The notes under the pieces are model-generated. The model was given only the letters and a program-made list of their open reading frames with translations. It was not told the DNA's origin and ran no database searches. Below are positions 52,251-61,426 of a stretch of 64,000 nucleotides of DNA, one piece after another (positions within the stretch are counted from its first letter, which is position 1; each line of letters starts with the position of its first letter). Both the position numbers and the translations under genes were made by a program. The stretch is taken from IMG/VR virus record IMGVR_UViG_3300011443_000002, positions 3,316 to 67,315 of that record; one strand, written 5' to 3'. The stretch comes from a virus.

Positions 52251-53396
52251 TTAGGATCCTGACGTGAGACGCTTCGTCGTGCCAGCGATCCCACGACGGC
52301 CGATCGGCATCGCATCAGCAGCAGCCTTGCCAGCCTGACGGCCAGCCGCGTTGAACCGAGCGGATCCGGACAGCGAGGAAATGTGGCTGCTGGTGCGGGC
52401 GAATTTGTTGTCGATGTAGTCCTGCACCTTGACGACAGCCTGATTCAGACGGACCAGAGCCGTGGCCGTCGTCATCCCGGCTTCGACGGAGACACTCGCT
52501 TCCATCGCTGCCTTGCGAGCCTCTTCCATCCGCTCACGGATCCTCGAGACGAAAGCGTCGAGCCAGGACTCCTTGAAACCAGCAGCCTTCTTGGTCGATC
52601 CCTCGGTCCGCTTGAGCATCCACCAGTAGTCGCAATATGCCTTGTGGGACATCGTTGCAGCCATCGGCACCAGCATCCCGAAGACATACTCTGCAACCGA
52701 AGCGTGGGACTTCGTGCCGACGAACCAGATCTGATTGGATCCGGGAGCGACAAGGAACTTGCAGAGATTCGCGTGTGAGACGATCCGTGCAAGCTGCTCC
52801 TGCCAAGCGATCCGGGACTTCTTCTTATCGACTCCATACTTGGCAAGGTCACAGCGGATCTCGATGACGGGATCGCGATCGGCTGCACGAGCATAGTCGA
52901 TGTCCGACGGATTCAGTTCGTGCTCGATCAACATCTTGTTGATCATGCCAGCGAAGGCTTCGGACGCTTCGAGGTTCCCGATCTCGGCTTCTCCGTCTCG
53001 CTGTGCCTGGAGCTTGATCAGGCGATCCATGATCTTGTTCTTGGGATCGGCCTTCTCTTCACGACGGTTGGTCAACGCGGTCAGCATCTCGGCTTCAAAC
53101 TCCCGAAACTGATCGCCGTGGTTCATGTGGCGAAGGTGAGCCATCTCGTGAGCGGCGACTTCCCACACACGATCCACGCTCATCATCTCGGCCATCCAGT
53201 TGCCTTTGCTGTCCTTCGTGCGGAGCGTCAGGTGGATGTGGCCTGATGCGTCGCACGTGCCGAGAGCGGACGTCTTGAGGCTCGGCTTGACCGTGTGGGA
53301 AACCTTGCGGAGGTGCAGACCATACTGGTGCGCAACCGTGCGCATCTGGGTGGCGATCTCCACGAACAGCGGAACGTCGTCGGGATAAATGTCCAT
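52251..53396 (-). CDS. Zn-metalloprotease-like domain (HExxH) fused to DUF2786-like domain
   Basis: AHEMAHLRHMNHG-F; then K-L-KL-A...EA-AF---KML-EH-L; leaderless start. Confidence 0.75.
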   Translation of the reverse strand: MDIYPDDVPLFVEIATQMRTVAHQYGLHLRKVSHTVKPSLKTSALGTCDASGHIHLTLRTKDSKGNWMAEMMSVDRVWEVAAHEMAHLRHMNHGDQFREFEAEMLTALTNRREEKADPKNKIMDRLIKLQAQRDGEAEIGNLEASEAFAGMINKMLIEHELNPSDIDYARAADRDPVIEIRCDLAKYGVDKKKSRIAWQEQLARIVSHANLCKFLVAPGSNQIWFVGTKSHASVAEYVFGMLVPMAATMSHKAYCDYWWMLKRTEGSTKKAAGFKESWLDAFVSRIRERMEEARKAAMEASVSVEAGMTTATALVRLNQAVVKVQDYIDNKFARTSSHISSLSGSARFNAAGRQAGKAAADAMPIGRRGIAGTTKRLTSGS

Positions 53397-53402
53397 GACC
53401 AG

Positions 53403-53431
53403 ATTATTCCTGAAGTCAAAAACCGATACAA
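53403..53431 (-). promoter_or_regulatory. Promoter TTGTAT-17-AATAAT, ATG 6 nt downstream
   Basis: Read directly. Confidence 0.8.
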
Positions 53432-53440
53432 GGGAAAAGT

Positions 53441-53462
53441 GAGGGAGCCTCTCGGCTCCCTC
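53441..53462 (-). terminator. Intrinsic terminator
   Basis: GAGGGAGCC-GAGA-GGCTCCCTC followed by ACTTTT. Confidence 0.85.
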
Positions 53463-53473
53463 CCTGGTGCAGC

Positions 53474-54943
53474 CTACTCGCCGATCTCCGCCTTGTGGAC
53501 CAGCGTCAGGATCTGCTTGGCACGTGTGATCGCCACGTATTCGATGTTCTGCTCCTCGGCGTTCACGCCACGAGGATACAGAGTGAAGCCGAGCACGAAC
53601 ACGTGATCCGCTTCCAGACCCTTCGCACGATGAACGCTGGAGCAGGTGATCACGCCAGCCTGTCCGAGACCGTCGTCAGTAAAGAGACCGTCGATCCGGA
53701 CTTCCATGTCGGCGACGCTGGAGGCTTCGTGCGCGATCACGAGCAGCGTCTCCGCCTTGTCGTTCACCTGATCGATCTGGTTCTCACGCTTGGCGATCGT
53801 GAAGCGGCGGACTTCGCGATCACGCCATGCTTCGATCCGGCCGATCATCGTCTCGATCCCGATGTTTCCCTTTCCGAGCTTGCGGACGATCGTCTTGAGT
53901 CCAGCGCCGATGTCGCGACCAGCGATCCGAGCACGCTTGCCAGCACGAAGCAGAGCGAAGGCAGTGGAGACCAGCGGAGCGTTCGTGCGCGACAGCAGGA
54001 AGTCTCCGTTGCTGATCGCCTGCACCAGAGCGTCCGATCCGATCGCGTTGATCGTGCCTTCGTGAGCCGCTCCACACTGGAAGTCCGGCACCAGTCGCTG
54101 AGCCTCTGTGACGATCGAGGATCCGCAACGATACGTGACGGTCAGCTTCATCTCGGTGGCGTTCAGTTCGTTCTTCAGACGGCCAAGCGATCCGCTGTCG
54201 GCACCACGGAAGCCGTAGATCGCCTGACGGTCATCGCCCACAACAGCGATCCGGCCACGGCAGATTCCCTGAGCGATCTCAAGCTGTGCAACCGTCATGT
54301 CCTGAGCCTCATCGACGACGACAAGGTCATACTGCTTCGCCAGCCAGCCGTTGCGAACAGGCAGGAAAATCATGTCCGCGAAGTCGATGCCCGTCTTGAT
54401 CGGCTTGACCGTGGCAGCAAGCTCCATCGCTGCCAGAGCCTTCTTCTCGACGAACAGAGCATCGAAGCCTGCATCCTGCCACGTCTCGTCCGGCTCGCAC
54501 TCGAAGGCATAGAGGATATCGGTGATGTCGCCGACGTTGCGCGCATGCGGATTGATCTCGCGTGCCTTCGTGTGCAGCTTGCTGACGAGACGCTTCACGA
54601 CGTCCGGAGTCTTGACGCCGCAAACGGCTTCGGCCAGCGAGTCAGCGCGATCGCTGCCGTTGCCAACACGAACACCAGACCAGTAACGGCGGACAGCAGC
54701 GAAACCGATGCTGTGCAGGGTCTGAGCCTTCGCGCAAGGATTGGCGATCCGATTGGTCAGTTCCTCGGCGATCCGCTTGTTGAACGCGGTCAGCACGATG
54801 TTCTGCTCGGGAGCACGATTGATGCCTTCGATGATCGTCGTCGTCTTGCCAGTGCCTGCACGAGCAACGACCACGAGATGACCTTCGCCGCTCTCGAACC
54901 AACCGAAGATCGCGTCCTGCTGTTCTGACCAAGTCCGTTCCAT
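53474..54943 (-). CDS. UvrD/Rep-family SF1 helicase
   Basis: ARAGTGKTT, VVDEAQD, VGDDRQAIYGFRGA, YRC, SSVHRAKGLE, YVAITRA. Confidence 0.95.
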   Translation of the reverse strand: MERTWSEQQDAIFGWFESGEGHLVVVARAGTGKTTTIIEGINRAPEQNIVLTAFNKRIAEELTNRIANPCAKAQTLHSIGFAAVRRYWSGVRVGNGSDRADSLAEAVCGVKTPDVVKRLVSKLHTKAREINPHARNVGDITDILYAFECEPDETWQDAGFDALFVEKKALAAMELAATVKPIKTGIDFADMIFLPVRNGWLAKQYDLVVVDEAQDMTVAQLEIAQGICRGRIAVVGDDRQAIYGFRGADSGSLGRLKNELNATEMKLTVTYRCGSSIVTEAQRLVPDFQCGAAHEGTINAIGSDALVQAISNGDFLLSRTNAPLVSTAFALLRAGKRARIAGRDIGAGLKTIVRKLGKGNIGIETMIGRIEAWRDREVRRFTIAKRENQIDQVNDKAETLLVIAHEASSVADMEVRIDGLFTDDGLGQAGVITCSSVHRAKGLEADHVFVLGFTLYPRGVNAEEQNIEYVAITRAKQILTLVHKAEIGE

Positions 54944-54972
54944 GATGTTGTCTCCTCTTTCTCTCTTCGACG

Positions 54973-55152
54973 TTAGCGGATCGATCCGCCGTTTGACGGA
55001 ACGGCAACGGACCACTGCTCATACGAGAGCGTCTTGATCCGTCCACCTACCCAGAACATGATGCGGACAGCCTGACACGTGGCGGACTGCACCTGAACCA
55101 GCTTTCCCTCGAACGTGAACCACTCACCAGCGGCAGGAATCGTCGTCTTCAT
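54973..55152 (-). CDS. 59-aa leaderless hypothetical protein
   Basis: ATG AAG ACG 7 nt after the -10. Confidence 0.75.
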   Translation of the reverse strand: MKTTIPAAGEWFTFEGKLVQVQSATCQAVRIMFWVGGRIKTLSYEQWSVAVPSNGGSIR

Positions 55153-55159
55153 GAAGAAG

Positions 55160-55188
55160 ATTATGGGAGACGTCGAAAACGAATACAA
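55160..55188 (-). promoter_or_regulatory. Promoter TTGTAT-17-CATAAT
   Basis: Read directly. Confidence 0.8.
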
Positions 55189-55376
55189 GCACAAAATGAG
55201 GATCCCGTAAGTCCCACAGGATCAACAACTTACGGCCAGGGTCCGCTTGATTGCCTATAAACGCTGGCGTTTTCCGGCCATGCAAGGCTCTGGCAAGGCT
55301 CCCGATCGCCTTGCTGGTCCAATCAAGGCAGTCCGAAAATAGCCTGCAAAATGGAGCGGAATCGAGACCGGACCAT

Positions 55377-55414
55377 AAAAAACAGGCTGGCAACCGTTGA
55401 AGATCGCCAGCCTG
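55377..55414 (-). terminator. Intrinsic terminator after the SSB-like gene
   Basis: CAGGCTGGC...GCCAGCCTG stem followed by TTTTTT. Confidence 0.88.
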
Positions 55415-55433
55415 ATTTTACCGTCGATCCGGA

Positions 55434-56312
55434 CTACATCTGAGCCGTGTTGAAGCTCTCGTCTTCGGCCACGTCTGCACCAGCAGTGTCCACGTCGATG
55501 ATGATCCGCTTCGCCTTGAATTCGTCAAAATACTTCTTGACATCTCCGAGGACATCAGGGTGGATCCATCCGGGCATCAGCGATCCATCCGGCTTCGTCG
55601 CCGAGTATTCGGAAGGGATGTCCGAATTCTTAACGACGTAAACCTTGAAGGTTCCCTTCTTGTTGGTGAAGCTCTCGCTGTGGATCCGATACTTGCCAGC
55701 GTAGATCGGTCCGGGACGCTGTTTGATGAACGTGTTCATCTGCCGTGCAACCTTGATGCCGGTGGACTTGAACGACAGTCCGATGATCTCGAAGGACGGC
55801 AGCAGCATCACGACGTAGTCATAGAACTTCGTCGCGATCGGAGGGATCGAGGCACCAGACACGGCATCACGCGTGAACTGAGTGCGAGGATCGTTCTGAG
55901 GGATGTCCATGTCCTTGACTCCACCACCAGATTCACGTGGATAGAATTCCACGTGACGTGGAGCGTCCGCACGAAGGACGATGAATTCGAGAGGACCAGC
56001 GCCGTAGATCTCCTGAGTGACGCTGTTGAACAACTGTCCAAGCTCGAGACCGTTGATGAACTTGGCGTGCTCGGGATCAATCTCGAAGGACATCTTCTGC
56101 GCCAGAGCAAGGCGCGGAAGAAGCATGTCGTCCTTCGTGATGTTTTCCTTGCCTTCGTTTCCAGCGTTCTGCAGATACTCCGGCACGTCCTGTTTCGCCA
56201 GAGCCGTCGCCTTCGGATTGATCGGTGCCGGAAGGTTCGCCGCTCCCTGCACTACTTCGGGAATCTTGGCGTCCGTCTTGGCGATCGCCGTTGTCGTGTT
56301 CTTTGTTGCCAT
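55434..56312 (-). CDS. Putative ssDNA-binding/annealing protein
   Basis: Replication context; PRL-L-Q-S motif; acidic C-tail with aromatic residue (DVAEDESF). Confidence 0.65.
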   Translation of the reverse strand: MATKNTTTAIAKTDAKIPEVVQGAANLPAPINPKATALAKQDVPEYLQNAGNEGKENITKDDMLLPRLALAQKMSFEIDPEHAKFINGLELGQLFNSVTQEIYGAGPLEFIVLRADAPRHVEFYPRESGGGVKDMDIPQNDPRTQFTRDAVSGASIPPIATKFYDYVVMLLPSFEIIGLSFKSTGIKVARQMNTFIKQRPGPIYAGKYRIHSESFTNKKGTFKVYVVKNSDIPSEYSATKPDGSLMPGWIHPDVLGDVKKYFDEFKAKRIIIDVDTAGADVAEDESFNTAQM

Positions 56313-56323
56313 GTCTTATTCTC

Positions 56324-56494
56324 TCAATACGCTGTCGTGATGTGGAATCGAAGGCCGGTGATCCTCTCCAGAAGATGCTCGACCTCTATGACCTTCTTCA
56401 GATCTCCGATCGTGACCGTTGTGTCCGATACCTCTCTTCCAGTGGCTTCTGCCACAACCTTCGGTCCATCCTTGATCGTCACCGTGACTCTCAT
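56324..56494 (-). CDS. 56-aa hypothetical protein (below ORF-track cutoff)
   Basis: MRVTVTIKDG...; ATGA coupling. Confidence 0.65.
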   Translation of the reverse strand: MRVTVTIKDGPKVVAEATGREVSDTTVTIGDLKKVIEVEHLLERITGLRFHITTAY

Positions 56495-57105
56495 GACCGT
56501 GCCTTCGTCAAGACGGTCTTCGTCTTGGACCAGATCTTCACGCCATCAGGTTCCGGCTCGCCTTCTACCAGCCGTGCCTTACACAGACTGTTCGCTGTCT
56601 GCCAGGGAAGTGCAAGCTGATTTTCCAGACCGTTGTTCATGCACCACTCGCGGAAGCGATCGCGATCTTCCACCTGAGCGTAAGGTTCATACTGCACTCG
56701 GACACTCGAGCCGTCCTCGTCCAGCGTCAAACTCGTGAGACCTTCGTTCTCGAATTGATCGACCAGAAGCTGATTGTAGGCTTCGCCGATCAAATTGATG
56801 TTGGACTCGTGTGCTTCCAATTCGTCCTTCACCTTGCGAATGTAGCGGTAGACGACGGCAAACTGAGAAGCGTATGTCTTGCGGTCGCCGACAGCGTTCA
56901 TGAAGACTTCGTTGATCTGCTTGAAAGCGTGCTTGATTCGATCAAGCTCCAGACTCGTCATCCTGTCGATCTGTTCTGCTGTGAGATTGTCCTCCTGTCC
57001 GCTCTGGACGATCTGCTGTCTGACCGCGTTGACTCGGTCCTGATAGGCAGGCTCCGTGCCGAGGTGCCGAGGGAGCTTGTCGATGTAAGCCGAATACTTT
57101 CCCAT
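56491..57105 (-). CDS. Helical phage protein (Gam/Gp157-like region)
   Basis: Coiled-coil N-terminus; sits beside the SSB-like gene. Confidence 0.65.
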   Translation of the reverse strand: MGKYSAYIDKLPRHLGTEPAYQDRVNAVRQQIVQSGQEDNLTAEQIDRMTSLELDRIKHAFKQINEVFMNAVGDRKTYASQFAVVYRYIRKVKDELEAHESNINLIGEAYNQLLVDQFENEGLTSLTLDEDGSSVRVQYEPYAQVEDRDRFREWCMNNGLENQLALPWQTANSLCKARLVEGEPEPDGVKIWSKTKTVLTKARS

Positions 57106-57312
57106 CTAATCTTCCTTTCTTACGATCCACCACTCGATGATTTCGTGGTTCAAACGCAGATTCTCCACGATGGTGCTGACCTCGTGAGCAGCATCATCCA
57201 TGGTCGGAGCCTTGACGACTCCGGTCGTATACAGACCGATGTTGTGGATGTTAGGGAGCAGCGCGAAATAACGCCACTCCTGCACGGCAGGAATCTTCTC
57301 GATATCGGGCAT
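57106..57312 (-). CDS. Hypothetical protein
   Basis: AAGGGA SD. Confidence 0.65.
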   Translation of the reverse strand: MPDIEKIPAVQEWRYFALLPNIHNIGLYTTGVVKAPTMDDAAHEVSTIVENLRLNHEIIEWWIVRKED

Positions 57313-57364
57313 TGTCGTCCCTTGTGTGGCTGGCCTGTATTAGTCTCAGGCAACAGCGGAGCCT

Positions 57365-57393
57365 AGCATATACCAGCCGCAAGCGGCTGTCAA
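57365..57393 (-). promoter_or_regulatory. Promoter TTGACA-17-TATGCT with palindrome CAGCCGC-AA-GCGGCTG in the spacer
   Basis: Perfect -35; inverted repeat 57374-57389. Confidence 0.8.
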
Positions 57394-57401
57394 ACTTAGA
57401 T

Positions 57402-58949
57402 CTATTCTTCTGTAAGAGCCTTGACCCACGCTCCAGCGGTCATCTTAGCAAGGTCTTCTTTCTTCTCAAGCTGCTTGAACAGAATATGATCGATGGTCTT
57501 CTGTCCCTTTGGTCCTGTCGCCAGAGCATAGAAGTAAGAGACAGCATTCACCTGAGTGGGACGGTGTGTCCTATCTCGAGACTGATCGAGGTCCAACAAA
57601 CTCTGATTGAGACTGATGTAGTAATTCGTATCGGCTGCTGTCAACGTCAGGCCGATACTCCCTGTGCCGAGCGTCGCAATTGCACACGCGGGACCGGGAA
57701 CCGTCTTCGCTGGATCCAGAAGATCAAGGACATAGTCTCGCTCCGCCTTGCTCTGAGACCCATACAGGCCAGCCGCTGTGATCTGTGGGAACTTCTCCTT
57801 GAGCGTCGCCATGATCCGGAAGGCTTCAGGTTTGAATCGGCACCAGACAATGAACTTGAGATTCGGCTTCTCATACAGAGCGTCCTCGAGCCATCCAAGA
57901 AACTGTGCAAGTTTCTCATCACCGATGATCATCATCGGCTCGGTCTTCTTCCGTGGTGCAGGAGCCACAACGGTCTCAATGTAGTTCGGAAGATCGCCGA
58001 AATCCTCCTGCTGTTCTGCCTCGACTCCGCCGATGAATCCCGAGGTGATCTGCGCCAGCCGCATGATCTTGACAATCGAGTGGGACGCCACGGACACTTC
58101 GTCCCTGGACAGCCACGTGACCATTTCGTCTCGCATGTCGCAATAGGTCCGCCACAGTGCAGGCGACAGCGGAGTCTCGAGCAGCACCGGAGGCATTTTC
58201 TCCGGAAGGTCCAGACAGTCCTTCTTCAAACGTCTCAGGACATACGGAGAGAAACGCTGCTGCAGATCGTCCAGCATCCTCCATCCGACAATCTGCTTCG
58301 CCTGCCAGCCTCCCATGATCGCGTATCGTGCACGAAACTCGAAGTAATTCCGGCACTCCAGAATTCCCATGTGCATGATTCGGCCTTGCGAATACATGTC
58401 ACCAGGAGAGTTTGCGATCGGTGTGCCATTGAGCAGCAGCACTCTGCCACACTTGGCACGAATCTTCATACAGGCTTTGGTCTGTTTCGCCTGTGCATTT
58501 TTGATCTTGCTCGATTCATCCAGGATCAACAGCGTCTTCGGGCCGACCCACTCGAGGATTTCCTCGAGATAATCGCCGGATCGAACATACTCGTAATTCG
58601 TCACCGTCCAATCAAGGAACGGCATACTTGATGCTGCCTTGCAGTGGACCCACCGATCCATCTGCCGATGAAACTCGGTAACAGTAACAGGCAGGTCTGT
58701 CCACAGATGCTTGTGAAGCTCTCCACGTTCTGGATGAAACCAAACTCCTCTCACAGCAGCCGGAGCGATCGTCAACACTTTGTTGATCTTGCCTTGCAGA
58801 AACAAAACCTGTGCAGCGTCGATAGCTTGCTTGGTCTTGCCTGCTCCCATTTCATCGGCGAGCAAGAAGAACGTGTTATTGACAATTGCCTGCACACCGA
58901 TGATTTGATGTGCAAACGGACTCCAGCGGCTGCGAGATAGATCGATCAT
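57402..58949 (-). CDS. SNF2-family SF2 helicase
   Basis: LADEMGAGKT, ILDESS-IKN, LNGTPI-N, G-IGLTLT, Q-DR-HR. Confidence 0.95.
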   Translation of the reverse strand: MIDLSRSRWSPFAHQIIGVQAIVNNTFFLLADEMGAGKTKQAIDAAQVLFLQGKINKVLTIAPAAVRGVWFHPERGELHKHLWTDLPVTVTEFHRQMDRWVHCKAASSMPFLDWTVTNYEYVRSGDYLEEILEWVGPKTLLILDESSKIKNAQAKQTKACMKIRAKCGRVLLLNGTPIANSPGDMYSQGRIMHMGILECRNYFEFRARYAIMGGWQAKQIVGWRMLDDLQQRFSPYVLRRLKKDCLDLPEKMPPVLLETPLSPALWRTYCDMRDEMVTWLSRDEVSVASHSIVKIMRLAQITSGFIGGVEAEQQEDFGDLPNYIETVVAPAPRKKTEPMMIIGDEKLAQFLGWLEDALYEKPNLKFIVWCRFKPEAFRIMATLKEKFPQITAAGLYGSQSKAERDYVLDLLDPAKTVPGPACAIATLGTGSIGLTLTAADTNYYISLNQSLLDLDQSRDRTHRPTQVNAVSYFYALATGPKGQKTIDHILFKQLEKKEDLAKMTAGAWVKALTEE

Positions 58950-59179
58950 GGTAACGAATACTTCCAGACTTGGCGATTGTAGATGTCGAGTTCTTTTCCC
59001 ATCTCCCGAGCAAGCTCGCCACGTTTGTGCATGCGGAGCAGCAACGAAGCGATGGTCTCGTTATCTACGCTGAGATGCCAACTGATTTGTCTGCACGTCC
59101 GTCCGGGCATGATCCTGAGCATGTCCTTCACACGTTCAGGCTTTGGTCTCGGCTTCAGTGTCATCGGAGGCTGCTCCAA
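58946..59179 (-). CDS. Winged-HTH DNA-binding protein
   Basis: PGRT-RQIS-HL...L-RM-KRGEL-R...WKY. Confidence 0.7.
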   Translation of the reverse strand: MEQPPMTLKPRPKPERVKDMLRIMPGRTCRQISWHLSVDNETIASLLLRMHKRGELAREMGKELDIYNRQVWKYSLP

Positions 59180-59369
59180 GCTCGTTCAACGCGGCTGTCG
59201 CCATGTCGTCCATCGCCACAAGAAAGAAGTTCGGTGGGAGACTCTCTTTCAATTCTCCGATGAACTTCCTGATTCTGAATTGCACGTCTTCTCGTGGAGT
59301 CCAGTTACGAACACGTTCCATCGTGGCTTCGCACGTGCAGGGATCCTTGTGACAGATCTTGCACTTCAT
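59136..59369 (-). CDS. Hypothetical protein
   Basis: CKICHKDPCTC N-terminus. Confidence 0.6.
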   Translation of the reverse strand: MKCKICHKDPCTCEATMERVRNWTPREDVQFRIRKFIGELKESLPPNFFLVAMDDMATAALNELGAASDDTEAETKA

Positions 59370-60196
59370 ACGGTCTCCTTCTTCGGAAACACTCCGTTGA
59401 GAGCAGCCGAGACAACACGCAGAGTATCAGGCGAGAATTCGCCCTTCATCATCCAAGCGTAATAATCTCGAGCCACGTTCGTCATCGGCGTCCCGGACCA
59501 TTTGCCGAAGTTGATGATCGGCACATCGCCCTTGAACACGAACTTCCGCTGACTGTCGATGGCTTCCGGATCCTTGCACAATCCGTGGCACTCCTGCACG
59601 GTTCGCGGGAGCTTGTGACGCTGGAAGAATCCCATTGCTCCATCGACCGTGTCCTGAATGTCGTTCAACGCTCGGTGTGCGCCTGATGGCTCTCTGCCTG
59701 CATACTCCCGCACGAAGTCTGAATTGGTCCGTGGCTGGAGCTTGCGCCACAAGTTCATCGGATCGAGAAGATGGGCACCTTCGTAAGACCACTCGACTCC
59801 CGCACGTTTCATGCCAGCCATGATCGCCCGCAAGTCGAAGTCCACGTTGTATCCGCAGAAGTCGCAGTCTCTCATTCCGCCTGCAAGGTTGCGAGCGGAC
59901 TGAGAAAACAGCGGCCATTTCGGAATGTCCTTGCCTTCGTGCTCCCGAGTTTCTTCCAGCATCTCCATCGTGATCTTGTGCACTTCCGTGGCAGCAGGAT
60001 GGATAAGAACGCTCGGAGGCAGGCGAAAGAAAGACTGCCACTTCTTAGTCGGTCTGCCATCGTGATAGAACACGATCAGTCCCATCTCAATGATGTAGGA
60101 CTTCTCAGGCGGACACTTGTCGTGCGTCTCCACGTCCACACAAATGAGTGGACGCTCGAGGTCGAGCACGTCTCGGAGGTCAGCATCAGTTATCAC
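59366..60196 (-). CDS. DEDDh 3'-5' exonuclease (DnaQ-like)
   Basis: DVETH, GYNVDFD, AHRALND; C-terminal FGKW-G motif. Confidence 0.92.
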   Translation of the reverse strand: MITDADLRDVLDLERPLICVDVETHDKCPPEKSYIIEMGLIVFYHDGRPTKKWQSFFRLPPSVLIHPAATEVHKITMEMLEETREHEGKDIPKWPLFSQSARNLAGGMRDCDFCGYNVDFDLRAIMAGMKRAGVEWSYEGAHLLDPMNLWRKLQPRTNSDFVREYAGREPSGAHRALNDIQDTVDGAMGFFQRHKLPRTVQECHGLCKDPEAIDSQRKFVFKGDVPIINFGKWSGTPMTNVARDYYAWMMKGEFSPDTLRVVSAALNGVFPKKETV

Positions 60197-60410
60197 GTTT
60201 GACCTTTCTCACCTGCTTCGCCTGTTTGCCGTTTCCCTGCACTCCCTTGTCATCGGGAACAAACTCGACCGCTTGTCCTTCCCTGACCGTGTCGAAGTCT
60301 AATTCAGGGATGAACCACGTGGCATGAGCGTAACGAGACACTCCGTCCTCGTCTCCTCTGACAAAAGCGTAACCTTTCGAGTGTATGACCCTGATGACAA
60401 TCCCCGTCAT
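60186..60410 (-). CDS. Cold-shock domain (OB-fold) protein
   Basis: MTGIV...KGYAFV...F--VREGQ-VEF...G-QA--V. Confidence 0.85.
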   Translation of the reverse strand: MTGIVIRVIHSKGYAFVRGDEDGVSRYAHATWFIPELDFDTVREGQAVEFVPDDKGVQGNGKQAKQVRKVKRDN

Positions 60411-61426
60411 GCTTTCTCCAATCGCTTGATCTCATCATCCAAATACCACCGAGCCTTGCGAAGATCCTCGAGTGGATCAGGATTCTTCTTACCTGCTCTG
60501 GCGATATACTTCGTGCAGTTTCCAAGTCGATAGTTCAGTTCCCATGCGTCGGCGACTTTGATGTGTTCGTATGGATTGTCCGCTCCGCCGTAATGCGAGG
60601 GATGATCTACGGCTTCTTTGTCCTTGTCCCAGACCATGTAGTGATCTGGATTGTAGTGGTTATTCGGCAGCTTGCATCGCTTTATCTTACCACTCACAAG
60701 ATCACGTTCCGTATAAGGACAGAATTCGCCCTTATAGTTTTTCCACTCGGCAGGTGCTCGACCAGTGAGCACTGCACACTCTGTGTGCATGTAAGTGATG
60801 CCTGCATCATTCTTAGTCTCCACGAAGGTGCCTTCCACGATGAGATTAGAACAGTGAGTGCAATACATCACGGTTGCTGTAGACATGGCCTTTCTGTAAA
60901 GCGGATCATCCACGAGTGCTCCGACAATGTCCTTGCCGTCTGTCATGATCGTGTCCATGCCGACAAAGAAGTGCAGGCGAGCGTCGTGATCCTGTATCGT
61001 GAAACAGTGGTCGCCTTCGTGTCCGAACGGAGACAAGCACTGAAGATACGACGTGCCACAAAGTGTCTGACAACGCGAAGGCGAAGCCTTGCCACGAGCA
61101 TCCAATTCGTCAGCCACGGACTTCACGTAAGCGATCAACGCTGGATTGATCGGCTCCTGAGCCTCGTTGACCATCTCTTTCGTGTTCTCCGGATTGGCAA
61201 GCTCATTCATGTCCTGACACGCTTTCAGGCACGAATAACAGAGGATCTTCATCCCGAATTCGGGATTGGTGTAATACGGTCTGCCTGCTCCGATGTTACG
61301 CTGGCAGCGTCCACACTTCAACGGATCAATGATCCTCTCGGCATCCGGGCACACGATCCGGTGTCGGCCGTCATGACCTTCGACAAAGGCACACTGTCCG
61401 CCGTGCTCTGTATGACTGCAACGCAT
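60407..61426 (-). CDS. Multi-Zn-finger protein with C-terminal DUF3310 domain
   Basis: Three C...C...GHxGxH-like modules, CGRC/CYSC and CTHC; VDHPSHY...LGN-KYI-RAGKK...EDL-KA-WYL; TGATG coupling. Confidence 0.75.
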   Translation of the reverse strand: MRCSHTEHGGQCAFVEGHDGRHRIVCPDAERIIDPLKCGRCQRNIGAGRPYYTNPEFGMKILCYSCLKACQDMNELANPENTKEMVNEAQEPINPALIAYVKSVADELDARGKASPSRCQTLCGTSYLQCLSPFGHEGDHCFTIQDHDARLHFFVGMDTIMTDGKDIVGALVDDPLYRKAMSTATVMYCTHCSNLIVEGTFVETKNDAGITYMHTECAVLTGRAPAEWKNYKGEFCPYTERDLVSGKIKRCKLPNNHYNPDHYMVWDKDKEAVDHPSHYGGADNPYEHIKVADAWELNYRLGNCTKYIARAGKKNPDPLEDLRKARWYLDDEIKRLEKA

